Assembly (NCBI GenBank): GCA_043228905.1
Contig: JBHGNT010000014.1
Span: 16,988,001 to 17,052,000 of the forward strand
Length of the DNA: 64,000 bases
Direction: 5' to 3'
From: Azolla caroliniana
Lineage: Eukaryota; Plantae; Polypodiophyta
Shown here piece by piece: positions 25,901 to 40,900 of this stretch. Position 1 is the stretch's first letter. Each line of letters opens with the position of its first letter. The notes below the pieces were generated by a model. It was not told the origin of the DNA. It made no database searches and saw only the letters and a program-made list of their open reading frames with translations. A program made the translations under genes and the position numbers.

Positions 25901-28900
25901 AGCCCCATCACTCCTACTAATGTTACGAGGCAATCAGAGGATACACAAATGGGCTCCCGACCAAGACAGAACAAAGGGGTTACAATAGATCAGGCAATAG
26001 CAATTTGTTGTGCATGTAGGCCCCGGCCCCATGGATCACGACCACTGCACACTTGTCATCGACAGATAAAGGCCATTATCTCCCACCATTGTTGATGCTT
26101 CCTCCGCATCAAAGACCTCTCCATTCTGGATCGACCTATGCTAGAGATCTTTCGAAGACAAAAGTTACAATATGTCTAACATGTGCCGAAAACCAGATTC
26201 CCTCGTCTGTTTTTATCTTATTCACTTTAATATTTACTGAGTACTACTTAATTCTATTTTGATTTGTGGTTCTCAAAGATGAGACAACACTTAAGATCTT
26301 GTTTGGTCTTATAGGTTATTTTGGCCTCTTAAAAAACGTTAATATATCTTTCTTTCTTTCTTTCTGAAGTGTGTTGCAATATTCAAATATGAGTTTTGGC
26401 TCTTTGAGTTTCAACTGTTCTTTGCTGATTGCTGGCAAGAGAATTAGTTTCATACTAGGATCCAAGCAAGCTTGAAAACAATTTTTTTTATAGCTGGAAT
26501 AATGTTATGAAAGATGGGTCTTGCTGCCATAAGTGTGAAGAAAGCTTCATCTCATCTGTTATCCTATAAGGTATCCTGTTTGAAGGTCCTTGACAGTCTT
26601 TTGTCTCCCTTTCAATTTGTGTTTGTCCATATGAACTTCACTAAACTGCCTTTGTACAATTTATAACACGGACCAATAGTTTTCATATTTATTCTGAAAT
26701 GTACATAGGCTTGTAGTTATTTTGAAATTCTTCTAGCAGCTCAGCTTTTTATGACAATTACTACTGGATAAATCTGAATGCAGGCTATGCAGATTCAGAG
26801 AATGAAATCATGGAAGCAAATGCTAGTATCAAATGTTTATATTTTCCTATACGGCAAGTATGTGATGATGCTTACTTCTACACTGTAAACTAAATTCCAC
26901 ATTTATAGCCTATATTTCTCACATTCTTTCTGGTTTGTTTAAGGGAAAGGAAAGCATAGACGTTATTCTTGAAGAACTTGAAGAAAAGCAAGGTCGAAAT
27001 ATTCAGACATTTGAAAACTTCCCAAGAGTTTCTATACGGAGACTTGGAAGATTACTTCCTAATGCAAGATGGGTATGTTTATATGGTGTATCTTTAAAGA
27101 GTGATTGCTTGGTTATTTACGTATCTCTATAGGGAATTTGGGTCCATGAACAAATATAGTGTCTGCCCACTGGGTATGATTCCAAAAATGCTGGTGGCAG
27201 ATATGTAATGTAGGTAGGTCTTCTGATGAAACAATAATGAATAACAAAGGCCCATTTGAGATATATTTTCGTGCTTATTAATAAATTAATCACTAAGTAT
27301 TTGCCTGGCCAAGGATATTGTATGACCATTATTTTCCCGATAAAGTAGGTATTGCCAAGTTATCATTTAGAATATATGATCTTGAATCATATCTGTAATA
27401 CATGTAAGCTCAGAATTATAATCCTTTTGATACCACTCATAATTTTGTACGCATTTAGAAACTCTGTTGCTCAGTAATCTAGTGGGTGAAAGCAACATCT
27501 CATTTCGTGTTAGGAACCTGAAGAATACAGACTAATCTAATTCCTACATCAAGAAATCATGAACTTATTCATGATAAGAAATCCGTGTCTTTTACACTGA
27601 TCTTGAGTCATATCAATCAAAAGACACGGTTTTAGTTTCTATGTGTTAACTTGATGCACACTTTTGAAAAGTATTGGGTCTGGCAAATTGATTTGTGCTT
27701 TTTTATGATGTCTTGGAAAGAATTATTTTATACGCTGTTGAGAAAATATGGAGTATACTAAAAAAATGTTGGTATTTTTCTCTATTTGACTTTCTTTTTA
27801 TCATTTTACCATTATAGCAAAAACTTCCATTTATGGAGGCAAAGAGAAAGAAAGCAGACAAGGCAACTGTGCCAAAAATATGCTTTGATCGGGTGAAAGC
27901 TTTTATTGGTAAGTATTTAAATGCACTATCCATTTTCTTTTTTAGCTAGGTCTGCTGTATGTATTGCTGAAAGCTTACTTTCTTGATTGCAGACACAGAT
28001 GCTGGGTTTGTGCCAACAGCATCAAAGGTGATCTGATGCTGGATTTCCAGTAAAATAAATTTTGTACTGTTTAGCTAGTTATTTCAAAGGACCTAGACAA
28101 TAGTTTCAGCTATTAGACTGCTGAGAGGGCCATAATGGTAGGCTATTTGAGTGATGTTTTGAATGGAGTCTATAATACTGTATTATACCCCAGGAAGAAA
28201 GACATGGTACATGTGTGCTTAATGGTAGGTAGAGAAAACAATGCATGCTTGTATGATAAATAAAGGAACTCATCACAACTTAATTTCTTTTAATTTCAGC
28301 GGGGCAATCAGAATTGAAATGCAAGATTTTTTGTTGGTGGTTTTGAGAAAAGAAATTGATTCTTTATTTTCTTGAAAACAGTTGGATCTCTTGAATGGGG
28401 ACGTATTCACTACTGCACTTCAGAATTTGTGCTCACGTCGTATGAAACCTGATTGTAATATATTTCATCAGTCCTTCTATTTAATTCTCTGCATACCATT
28501 ATGAGCTCCAATATTGTTTAGTCTTGCAAGAGATTCAATATTCATTTCTTCTCTCTTGTTTCTTAGCATTCTAGATATACATTATATGTAGGTCTATCTT
28601 TCATTTTTTCACGTGCAGGTGTGAGCATTGATATTGTTCGATGTCGCAAATCTGTTAAGATACATGATGTTGAAAGAGAATATGAAGACTGGATCAAAGA
28701 AATGCACGACTTGTTTGATGAAGAAGTAAATTCTGTAAATGACACTGAAGGAACATTCTTAACTCTTACGTTGAAAGAGCTTGGTTTCTCACATGAAGGT
28801 CAGTTTTCAGTACAGAAACTAAATTGAAATTGTTAATATACTTTTCTGCAATTCTTATATTTCTTTCTCTGATGTAATCTCTTGTTTGGTCTTATAGGCC

Positions 28901-31900
28901 ATTTTGGCCTCTTAAAAGACGTTAATATATCTTTCTTTCTTTTTTTCTTTCTGAAAATTCCATTTTATATCTCTGAATCCATGTGTTAATGGCTCTTTTT
29001 GTAAATTCTTTTGTAGCTGAGAACAGCAGAAAGTAATTTTATACTCAATTCTCTTAAGAGTAACTGAATGATGAGTACGAGGTGTGAATCTCATGTCGGG
29101 TTCTGTATAGTGACATTGAAACTGACTCATCTGTCAACTATTCCACAACTACCCGAAAAACCTCACTCTGCCCTACGTGAAGTTGCCACCCTGTGTTAAT
29201 ATCTGCTGAATCCCGGCATTAATGTCTGTGGAATCTCTATGTCCATCTTTGCATAATGAATATTAGTCTTTGTGTTACTCTTCATTGAATCTGTGTCTTA
29301 TTCTCTGTCGAATCTCTTCTTAATCTGTATATTAATATTTGCTGAATCTCTATTAAAGTTAAATCTCCTTTTAGACAGACTTATTCTGGAAAGATTGTAA
29401 TTGGAATTATTCTGGGAAGAGGAAAAATTGGCATGCACACAGACCAACGCATATCTAGGAGTAACATTCAGAGGGCCTTATCCACCTGTCAGAAGGCTTC
29501 GTATGATATTCAACCCTTAGTCTCTAAACTAGTTTAGTATCAATAGTAAGGTAGGGAAAAATCAAGATATCTTTCTTCCTGACCAAGACATTGCAAAGGG
29601 GATCCAGTGTTACCCGTTCCTTTGGGTGAACACCTTCGATAGATCTGCGTCTATCGGTCTTCAAGGGCGTGGTACGTGAAGGCTCGTAACAGAGGCGTCG
29701 AGAGAGATACAGGGCTCAGAGAGAAAACACTAGCGAGGTCTTGATAGACGTGGCAGCGTAGAACTCATAGGTATGGATCAAAGCACAGACTCATGCAGCA
29801 AAAATAGGCACAAATCAGATATATTACTATGACAGAAAAGATTACAGAACACGGCCTATGGCCGGTGACCTTACGAGTTTATCTAATTACGAATGACTAA
29901 GCTAGTGCTTCCGCCTATAGTTTTCTTCTCTCCCTCTCTGAGGTATTGCTCCTCGTTTAAATAACTTTTCCCCTAATACACAGCCGAGCCGTCGGTGGCC
30001 CGTGATACTCGGACTCGGTGTTTGCTAATTTCTTAATTTTACATTTCTGTCCTCTGGACAACACCTGGCACGCCCATGGGACAGGACCTTGTCCGTCGGA
30101 CCCACGACTTACAAAATACTAACAATATTTCAAAATTGCCTTTTAGGCGTGATCCTCGTTTCATTCCTCCTTTAAGATGTCGAGGATGCTTTCGGGGTCC
30201 GGGGTGGTGGCAGGGTGGTCTGGTTGGATTGTCGGTGCGGGGGTTCGAGTTTGGTCCGGGGGTGGCATATCTTCTGGTGGGGGTGTGGGTTCGTGGGCGC
30301 TGACCTCTACTTCGACAGGATTTGGTACCGTGTGGGCGTCTATGGAATGTCTGTTGGCCGGGGCAAGTTCCTCCTGTGTCGTGTCCGTGATCTCCTTGCT
30401 GGGAGATTCTTCTTTCTGCTTTGTGGCCGTTGGAGGGCTGGTGGGGATGGCTGCGAGTCGTTCTCGTTCGAAGGCTTCTGCTTCTAGGCGAAACATCTGA
30501 CCGTCATTGAAGTCCTCCATTATTTGCTCGATTGCCGCGGTGTGAGATTTTGCCAAGGACTGGTAATCCTCGGTTAAATCTGCGCGCAGGTTTTGAATGC
30601 TGGCTTCATCCATTTTGTAGAAGCCGCGGCCCTCCTTCCGTCGGTTCTCGGCATCGGCGCGTAAAATATGCAATTCGGAAGCTTGGGCTGCCCATTCGTC
30701 TCTTGCGTGACTTAATGTTTCCTCGACCTTTTTGGTAAGGTGCTGGCGCTGTTTCTCGATCAATATTCGGATGCGTGTCTCATCCATGCCGGGCTGTGCT
30801 CGGATGGCTGCTAATTCCTGTTTTAAGCCGTCGACCTCAGCCTGAATGTTCTGTGTTCTGAGCTCATAGATGGCTTGAGTGTTCTTTGCATCCGCGGTTA
30901 CGAGCTTGAGAGCTTGCTCGTAACGCTTGGTGAGTTCTTCGGTGGCCTGCTCCCGTTCTCTCTGACACGTGGCCCGGATTTGTTCCCGTTTGACGATTCT
31001 CTCTTCTTGTAGGGCGAAGTAGGAATCCGATAAGGCGTCTTTTTGCTCCGAAAGTAGCTTGCATTTAATGAAAAACTCGTCAGCCATCTCTTTAAGGGTC
31101 GTACGTTGACTCTGCAGCTCGGCATTCTCCGCGTTCATCCTCTCCTCCCGTTGGCGATTTCTTTCCTCCTGCCGCTGGTTCTAGTCTTTTGCATTGTGGA
31201 GCGCGGCCTGTAGGTCTAGAACCTCCTTCTCTTTCTTCACCATTGTGGCTGCGTATTCCTCCAGCTTGCTTTTGAGTTCGGCTTCCTTGCCCGCGGCTTG
31301 CGCTTGTACCCGGCCCAGTGCTTCGTTCAGCTCGTGTATCCTTTGGTCGGCCTGGGCTCTTATCTCGGCCATCTGTTTGGAAGCTTCTTCTTTTAGGCGA
31401 GCCATCGCCTCTTGATGCCGTTGTTCGTGTCTCTCGGTTCGCCGTTGTTCTTCTTTAAGCTCCGCACGGTAATCCCGGAGCGGGGGTTTTGTCTGGGTTG
31501 CCACCTCCTTGGGTGCACGAGGTGGGGGTATCTCGGTCTTCTCCATGGGCGTGGGCGCCTCGGTTGTTGTGCAGGCATCGACCATTTGTAATGAGTCCAT
31601 TTGTGTACTGGCCTGCACCTTCAGGATTGAGTCGGTGATGGTGCTTTCATCCATCATTGTTATGCGTGGAGGCGCTGGGAGGGCCTCGGTGGTCGTTACC
31701 GGAAGGCTCGGGAGTTGTTCCGACCGGTTTTGCTCCCAGGCTGCCAGCTTCTGGTTCGCAGCGTGCCATAGTTTTGTAGCCATCTTAGCCTGTTTTTGGG
31801 CTATTTTTATCTTCCGGGCCATGTCTTTGGCTGCCCGCGTAGTGCGATCTAGGTCCCGATATGCCTCGATAAGGGCTGTGTTCAACTCGGGGACCTCCAT

Positions 31901-34900
31901 GAGGAGAGCGGCCTGTTTTGCCTGCTTCTTCCTACCAATTTTTTGTAAAGCCCTGTCCTCCTGGGGCTCAATTTCACCTATTAGTGCGCGTTGAATCATT
32001 TTTGTTTCGGCGTGCTCCTCCGGCATTCGAGCAGCTGCCGCGACTTGGGCTCTGGCGAGGAAGTCGACCAGCTCGAATGACGTACCGAGGCGTAGGAGCG
32101 CACTAAATTCGTAAGCCTCCGCGGGGAGGTCCTTATACCCGAGGACTTCATCCTCCGAGATCTGCGTTGTCTGCCCATGCTCGATCGTTCCCTGGTTCAG
32201 CGATGCCTCCTCAGGGGTGATGGCCAGGTTGCTCCTGTTGTGGCTCTTTCTGTTCTTCCGAGGACTCGCGGTTGAGTCGTCTTCTCTTGCTTGGCTGTGT
32301 TTGGGGTTCCGGGGCCGGTAGTGTCGTTTCCTCCGCCTGCTTCCTTTTTTGGGGTCGTGGTGGTGCAGCCTGCTGTGTGTTGGGGCGTGGGCTAGGTCCT
32401 GGGGACGTTACCGAGGGGCGCAACGTTGGCTGTCGAATGGTGACGTCATTGGCCATGTTGTCTTCCGTGGCTACCTCCTTCCATTCTTGGCAGGTCTCGG
32501 AAACTACCCTTTTTTGTTGGGGTTGGCCGGGTGGTGGTGCAGATGCTGTTTTTTGGTCGGCGGCAGGGGGTGAAGGCGATTTGGGCTCCTCCCATGCTTC
32601 GTGGCTGATGGCCACGAATTTCTCTCTCTGCCTTCGTGGTGGTGGTGGGGACGTGAGTGTGCGAGGGGAAGAAAGCGAAGAGGGTGGGTATAGAACCATC
32701 AAAAAGTGGGTAAGAACAGACAACATCTTCTTACCAGACTGAAATGAAGCTAAGGCGGCGCGGAGTCCCTCGCCTGTGATGATTCCCCAATCGATTCTGT
32801 TTCCTTCATACGCGCTGATGATGATGGCTGCCTTGTTCTGCGGCATGCTCGTTGGGTTCGTATGCACGAACGCATACTCCATTAATATACGAGCAATCTC
32901 CCCGAAAGCTTTGTTGGGACCGCCATATGTGCGATATGCCTTCCCTGAGGCTGAGTACTCACCGAAATACGCCTTCATCTTTGATGCCGGGGGTATGTCG
33001 ACCTCATTGTCCCCTCCCCGTTGCAAGTCCAAAACAACCCGAAGCACGTTGTTGGTGATGGCTTCGGGACTTATACGTTTAGCCACAGTTTGGGCATTTG
33101 GGTGTGCGGGGGCATCGATGATCTTCAGGTAACCGCCCATTCCTCGTTCCTAGAGCTAGGCGCGGGTTTCTGTTGAGGCGGTAAGAGGCATGGTGGAGAT
33201 GGAGGCTGGGTTCGACTGTGTGGAAGCGTGAAGCAAAGTGATGAGGCGAGGGCGAGCCACAGGAGGAACAGGAAGGGGAAGTCAAGCAGAGAGGTTATGA
33301 GAGCGAAAGAGGGCTTGAGAGCAAGAGCGCTTAGCGTGATGAGGGCGAGACGGGGTTTCTGAGCTTGAGAGCGATGGAGATGGGGAGCGATAATGGTCTG
33401 TGCGTTTTGGAAACGGTTTTAGTAACTTGCTCCTAGGGTTTTGTGCCTGAAGCGAATCCTGAAGATTCTGAGTCGTGGGTGCCATAATAAGTGACTAGCA
33501 CCACGTGTCTTGAAGGTGAGTGGGGTGCTTCTAGTGATTTGCATGTGCTTTGCATGTGTGAATAGCTTAAATAGGTACTAACTGAGTGGTGGCGAGGGGT
33601 GCTCCTAAAATTGTGGGTGCCTAGGTGGGTGGTGTAGGTGTAGCTAATCAGTGGCTAAACTATGGTTAATCCTACCTACTACTACTTTTATTAATTTCAA
33701 GAAGGTGGGTGAGTCCTTATTTAGGGGGACACGTGGCGTCCTCCGTGGTGATCTCCCGAGTCTTGGTTGTGCCGTGTGGCTCGGTAAACGGGTTGGGTGG
33801 TGTAGTCCCTTGATATGGTCGAAGTTGAAAACCATTGGCCCAGCTTTTGACCGTGTCGTCGGCGAGTGTGCCGAGCTGGAACGTCCCGTTGAACTCGTCG
33901 ATAATCCAGAATGGACCGGTCCACCGAAATCTTAATTTTCCCGGCATTGACCCGAGTCGTGTTTGAAAAAGAAGAACTGGTTTGCCGATGGTGAGCTCCT
34001 TCTCCAGCCCATGTCGATGTCGATCCACGAAAGCCTTGCGTTGCCATTGGCGTTGTTCGAGCTGGGCCATACTCTCTATCCTATCTTCCCCGAGTTCGAG
34101 GAGTTGTTCCAGCTGGTATTGCTCGGATTCGGCCTCGGGGAGCCGTGCTTTGACTTGAACTCGGAGGCTCGGGACTTGGAACTCGACAGGCATTCCGGCT
34201 TCTAACCCGAACGCCATTCGAAAGGGGGTCAATTGGATGCTTGTTTTGAAAGTCGTACGATACGCCCATAAAGAAATATGAGAAAGCACATCTGTTCTGT
34301 AATATACATTCGTTGGAGGGAGAAAAATACAGAGATCTCTTATATTTACATGAGGAGAAGTCCCTCTTTATAAAGGCCAAGATCTGGCCGTTGGGCTAAC
34401 TAGCTGTTGGAACTAACTAGCCGTTGGGCTAGCCGTTACAACTTTTAAACATTCTCAACACTCCCCCTCAAGATGGGTGAAAAATATCCACTAAGCCCAT
34501 CTTGTCACACAATCTAGTAAGACTTACTGGCCCAAGTCCCTTTGTAAGACAATCTGCTACTTGATGTTCAGTAGAAACATGACTCAATTTTAATATTCCA
34601 TTATCAAGCTTTTCTTTGATAAAGAACCTGTCGATTTCGATGTGTTTGGTCCTATCGTGCTGTACCGGATTGTTGGCAATGCTGATTGCTGACTTATTGT
34701 CACACCACAACATCATCTGATTTTCTTGATTCACCTTTAGTTCTACTAGGAGAGTTCGCAGCCATAACATCTCCGCAACTCCTATAGCAATAGCTCTATA
34801 CTCTGCTTCAGCTGTTGACCTTGCTACTACTGACTGTTTCTTACTCTTCCAAGAGACTAGATTGCCTCCAACAAACATGCAGTATCCTGATGTGGATTTT

Positions 34901-37900
34901 CTGTCATCAGCACAACTGGCCCAATCAGAATCACAATAGCCCTCAATATTAAAATGACCATGTTTTCTGAAGATTAATCCCTTCCCTGGGGCACCTTTGA
35001 GATATCTCAGAATATGGTACACTGCATCCATATGATCTTTCCTCGGATCATGCATGTAGCGACTTACCACACTTACTGCAAATGAGATATCTGGACGGGT
35101 GTGGGTCAAATAAATCAGCCGACCTACCAATCTTTGATACCTTTCACGATCAACTTTCTCTCCCGCAAGTTCAGTTAGCTTGATCTTTTGGTCGATTGGA
35201 GAAGCTACAGGCCTACAACCCAACATTCCAGTTTCTTTGAGAAGATCAAGTACATATTTTCGCTGAGATAGAACAACTCCTTCTGCTCCACGAGCTACCT
35301 CAATTCCAAGAAAGTAGCGTAGCAATCCTAGATCCTTCACCTCAAACTCTTTACCCAATTGCATCTTCAGTTGGGCAATTTCTCCTTCATCGTTACCTGT
35401 GATAATTATATCATCCACATACACAGCAAGCAATGTAGTATGGTCCTTGTGTTGTCGAAAGAACACTGTATGGTCTGCATTCGTCTGTTGGTATCCCATA
35501 CCCACCATAGCCCTTCTTAACCTGTCAAACCAGGCTCGAGGAGATTGCTTTAGTCCATAAAGCGACTTCCTAAGTTTGCAAACCTTACCTACTGTTTGAA
35601 TTGTACCGAAACCTGGGGGAACATCCATGTACACTTCCTCCATCAACTCTCCATGAAGGAATGCATTTTTTACATCTAATTGATGTAATTTCCAATCCTT
35701 ATTCACTGCTAAGGAAATAAGTGTTCTAACAGTGCTCATCTTCGCCACAGGTGCAAAAGTCTCATCATAGTCAATGCCATATGTCTGACTATATCCTTTA
35801 GCCACCAATCGTGCCTTGTATCGATCTATTTTTCCCTCTGGGGTCTGTTTTATTGTAAACACCCATTTGCACCCAACCGCCTTCTTTCCCGGTGGTAGTG
35901 ACACAATCTCCCAAGTTTTGTTCTTCTCAAGAGCTCCGAGTTCTTCTTGCATGGCTGCTTTCCATTTTGGATCTTCTTTAGCAACCTGCCAACACTTGGG
36001 TAAAGTGACAGAGTCTAATGATGCAATGAATGCTCTATGTGTAGCTGATATGTTAGAATAAGAGATAAACTGAGCAATATCATGAGGAAAACCATAACGA
36101 TCAGGAGGGACCCCTGCATTACTGCGAGAGGTCCTCCTAATCTCGATAGGAGAAGGAGAGGAAATCATATCACCTGTGATTTCTAGGTTCGGGAGTTCTG
36201 TAGGTATTTCAGAAGTCGAGGCAGGTCGGGACATGGAACTTGATGGCACATGTGGTGCTGAAGACGTGTTCACATTTCCGTCTTTCTGCCTCCTCTTCCT
36301 TGTATACACCTTTAGCTCCCCCTCAACTTGAGTCCCAACACATATAGGCTCCTCGTCTTCGTTTCCTTCTTCTTCCGTACCTCCTACGCTCACTTCTTTC
36401 TCAGCTGATGTAGGGATCAGCAAAGGAATTGATCCTATTTTTAGCAACCTCTCACAATTATCTCCTTCCCTCATATTTTCAGTCTGAATTAAGTCATCAA
36501 AGGGTGAAGTTACCCCTTGTTTATAATATGGCTCTGACTCTCTGAAATGCACATCCATGCTCACAAATAATCTCTTCTCTACTGGACTCCAGCAAACATA
36601 GCCTTTTTGTGTGGCAGAGTATCCCACAAATACACATTTTATAGCTTTAGGATCAAGTTTTCCTACTGATGGTCTACTGTCCTTTACAAAACACACACAT
36701 CCAAACACCTTCAAAGGAAGGATTCCAGAGTTATTGCCTTGCAACAACTCACATGGAGACTTCCACTCCAATACTCTAGAGGGCATTCTATTGATCAATG
36801 TGGCAGCCGTCAAAACTGCCTGTCCCCACAACTGCTTTGGGACATTCATAGAAATCATCATGCTTCTCGTTACCTCTAGAAGATGTCTATTCTTCCTCTC
36901 TGCTACTCCATTTTGTTCTGGTGTATATGGGCATGTAGTTTGATGTTGTATTCCTTGATCTGAGAGGTATGCCCTAAATGTCATGTTAGCATACTCTGTT
37001 CCATTATCAGACCTCAACACTTTTACTACTGCACCATATTGAGTTTGAACTGCTCTATGAAAATCTTTAAAACAAGCAAATACTTCATTCTTTTTCCTCA
37101 TCAAATATAACCAAGTCACACGAGAGAAGCAGTCAATGAAAGAGACAAAATATCGATATCCATTAATAGAACTTGTGGGACATGGTCCCCAAACATCGGA
37201 GTGTATTACATCAAATGCATGGGAACTCCTATGACCCGAACTAGCATATGAACTTTTAGTAAGCTTACCAAATTCACATGCATCACAAACAAGTTTTGTT
37301 TTATCCGCCTTTTCAAAAAGGTGTGGATACACCCGACTCAAAATGCCATAAGAGGCATGTCCCATGCGTTGGTGATGAAGTATTAACAAGTCCTCATAAC
37401 TCATTCTAGATCCCCTTACATCTATTCCCTCTACCATAGATGCTAATGCTGAATCCAGCCCTTCACGATCCAAATACCATAGTCCACTATGCCATGTGCC
37501 AGTCCCAAGTCTCCGACCTGTCCCTTTCTCCTGGAATATCACCTTGGGAATATCAAAAGAAACAACACATTTTAGTTGGTGTATGATAGAACTTATAGAT
37601 AATAAGTTTACTGGGAAAGAAGGAGCATGCAACACATTAGACAATGTCACAGAGTCGGTACATTTTACTGTACCTATACCCACTACAGGTTGTATAGTAC
37701 CGTCAGCAATTTGAATGCTTTCTGGCATTGATAAGTGAGTATATGAGGAGAATTCACTAGCATTACCCGTCACATGCCTAGATGCACCAGAATCAATTAT
37801 CCATTCTGGTGTAGAGGCAAGAGTATTTGTGTTGCTAGTACTTGTGGCCGAATAAGCATAGGTGGCAGTGTTACCTCTTGACATGAATGAAGTATCATCT

Positions 37901-40900
37901 GCGGCTCTTTGCTTCCTCCTAAGTATTTCTAAGAGAGCTTGATCCTCTTCGGTGAACACCACCTTAGTTCCTTCCTCTTCTTTTGCTACCATCAAGTTTG
38001 CTTGGTAACCTCCTCGTGCACCTCTTCGGCCCCCTCGACCACGACCTCTAGTTTGTCCACGTCCTCCATATTCTCTCTCCTTAGATGGTTTAGGGCAAGC
38101 ATTCTTGAAATGACCAGCTTCACCACAATTGTAGCATTTTCGATTTTCACTTCCGCTTGTATTGGACACCATTAGTGCCGATCGTACCCCTGGAAGTCCG
38201 GTAGTGTCAGAGAGCAGCTTCATTCTACTCTCCTCTTGTATCATAGTCGCGATTGCCTCATCAAGTGTAGGAATTTCTGCCTTAGCTAGAAGAACTGCCC
38301 TTCTTTGATCAAATGACGGGTTGAGATGTTTCAAAAATTGCATAGTTCTTCTTTGAGCAGAAATTTCCTTGCTCTTACACTGAGGATCATTGCACACTGT
38401 CACAGGCGAGAAATGATCGTATTCTGCCCATAGACGCTCCAACTCTATGGCATATTCCTGGACCATCCTATCTCCCTGGCAAACAGCATCAATCTCCTGC
38501 TCGATTTGAAATACTCTCATGTTGTTTCCCCTCCCTGCATACGTCTTTTGCAATTTCTCCCATATCTCCTTTACACTTAAAATTCCATCAACTGTTGTGG
38601 CGATTGATGGAATCATGGAGTTTAGGAGCCACGTGTACAATGACATGTGGGTAGCTCTCCATGCTTTCCATTCATTGCTCGTTTTCATAGGAGGCTCTTT
38701 CTCTTCTCCCGTAAGGTAGCCGTCAAGGCTTCTTCCTGCCAAGGCACCTATAATCCGACGCGACCAGCTCAAGTATGTGGCTGGTCCATCGAGTTTGAAC
38801 TCAACTGGGAGGAGTTCAAGTCGGGGTGGTGGTTGCATTCCTGTCACACCTCCAGATGCTACTATCTCAGCCTGTTTCATGTATTTCACCAATGTTTTCA
38901 CCTCATCTTCATTCAATTTTGAGAACACATCATCCATCTTGTCAACTTGGCCTATCTCTGCTTTCCTCTTCTGACTTTTTTCCCAAGTCACCTCTCAATC
39001 ACATAGCAATGTCATCCCAAATGAAACAAAAATCCCCCTTTCCTCTCTTGAATGCTAGGACAGTGCTGTTCCAATCACTGTCATTTCAGCAGAAGGGTAG
39101 ATCTAGGGTTCTGCAGAGGACAGATCTAGGGTTTTGCAGAGGGGCGGATCTATGCTCTGATACCATAAAGAAATATGAGAAAGCACATCTGTTCTGTAAT
39201 ATACATTCGTTGGAGGGAGAAAAATACAGAGATCTCTTATATTTACATGAGGAGAAGTCCCTCTTTATAAAGGCCAAGATCTGGCCGTTGGGCTAACTAG
39301 CTGTTGGAACTAACTAGCCGTTGGGCTAGCCGTTACAACTTTTAAACATTCTCAACAGCCCACAACGCGCTCTGGAGTTTGTCATCCCAATCGGTCCTGT
39401 TTTCATTGACGATCTTCTTCAGTATGGTTTGGAGGATTTTATTGGTTGATTCCGCCAAGCCGTTCGCTTGTGGGTAGTATGGTGTGCTTTTCTTGTGCAC
39501 CACCGCGTAGTGGTGTGTAAGCTCACGTATTATATGATTGATGAAGTGCCCACCTTGGTTACTAACGAGCTCGATTGGACATCCGTAACGGCACCAGAGG
39601 TGCTCGTACACAAATTTAGCCATGGATGCCGCCGTGTTATATCGGAGTGCCTTAGCCTCGACCCATTTGGTGCAGTAATCCGTGGCAACGATAATATACC
39701 TATTCCCTGTTCGGGCCGCGGGTGGTTTGAAAGGGCCTACAAAATCCAAACCCCATTTTTGAAATGGGTCCAACGGAAGAATCGGTTGGTGTGACATTCG
39801 TGACTGTTCCATTGGTTGCCCCAGACGTTGGCACAAATCGCACTGCCGGCAAAACTCGTGAGCGTCTTTCTTCGTTGTCGGCCACCATAATCCACTTTGC
39901 CAAACTTTCCTCGCCGTGGAATCCCCGGCGTAGTGTCCCCCAGCTACTCCATGGTGGGCTTCCTGAAGAACGGCGTTCTTCTCGAATTGCCGAATCGCTC
40001 GGCGCCATATGCCGTCCGAGCCTTTGTGGTAGAGAATGTCCGAGACGAGGCAAAAATTCCGGCTACGCACTGCTAGGCGTTTTTTCGTGTCAAGGGTCAT
40101 GTGCTCGGGAGGTACACCGGTAGTGAGAAAATGGGTCATCTCCGTGATCCATTCATCTCCGTTATCGTCTGGTACCGTGGTCAGGTTAAATAGGTTGGCG
40201 TCCGGTAGCTCGTCGTACATTGTTTTCGCCGGTTCTCCTGGCTCAAGACGGCTCAAGTAGTCGGCGACGGCATGTTGTACCCCAGGTCGATGCTTAATCT
40301 GAAAATCAAACTCTTGTAGTAGGAGCATCCACCGAGCTAACCGTTCGGTGAGGGCTTGTTTATTGACCAAATAAAGAAGGGCCGAGTGATCCATGTGAAA
40401 GGTAAATTTTCGGCCCAAGAGGTAATGCCGAAATTTATTGATGCTATAAATCATACCGAGGGCCTCCCACTCGGTGGTGGAGTAATTCTTTTCTGCGGTC
40501 GAGAGCCGTCGGCTGGCGTAGTACACGGGCCTATACCAATTCGGGGGTGTGCATTGCATCAGGGCACTTTCGATGGCGATGTCCGAAGAATCTACGAAGA
40601 CATGAAACGGTTCGGACCAAACCGGAGACTGGACCACTGGGGCATGTGACAACATTCGTTTCAGGGTCTGATAGGCCGTGTCCTCGATTGACGTCCATTG
40701 GAAAGGAAGGCGATGGATTGTCGCGTGTAAGGGTGTCGCGAAATTGGCCACGTGTCGTATCATTCGGCTGTGCCACCGGATCTGTCCCAAAAAACGGCTT
40801 AGTGCCTTAGCGTTCGAGGGTGCGGTGGCATTCAGGATTGCCTTTACTTTATCTGGGTCCATAGCGATGCCTTCTTGACTGACAATGTGGCCGAGAAGGT

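Noticed and set aside
29075-29105. Weak similarity to the tRNA-Trp 3' end (CATGTCGGGTTC)
   Set aside because: Too short, no cloverleaf and no adjacent LTR.
30076-33132. Plus-strand ORFs as antisense genes of the gypsy element
   Set aside because: They are short shadows of the GC-rich minus-strand ORF, with no long continuous antisense frame.
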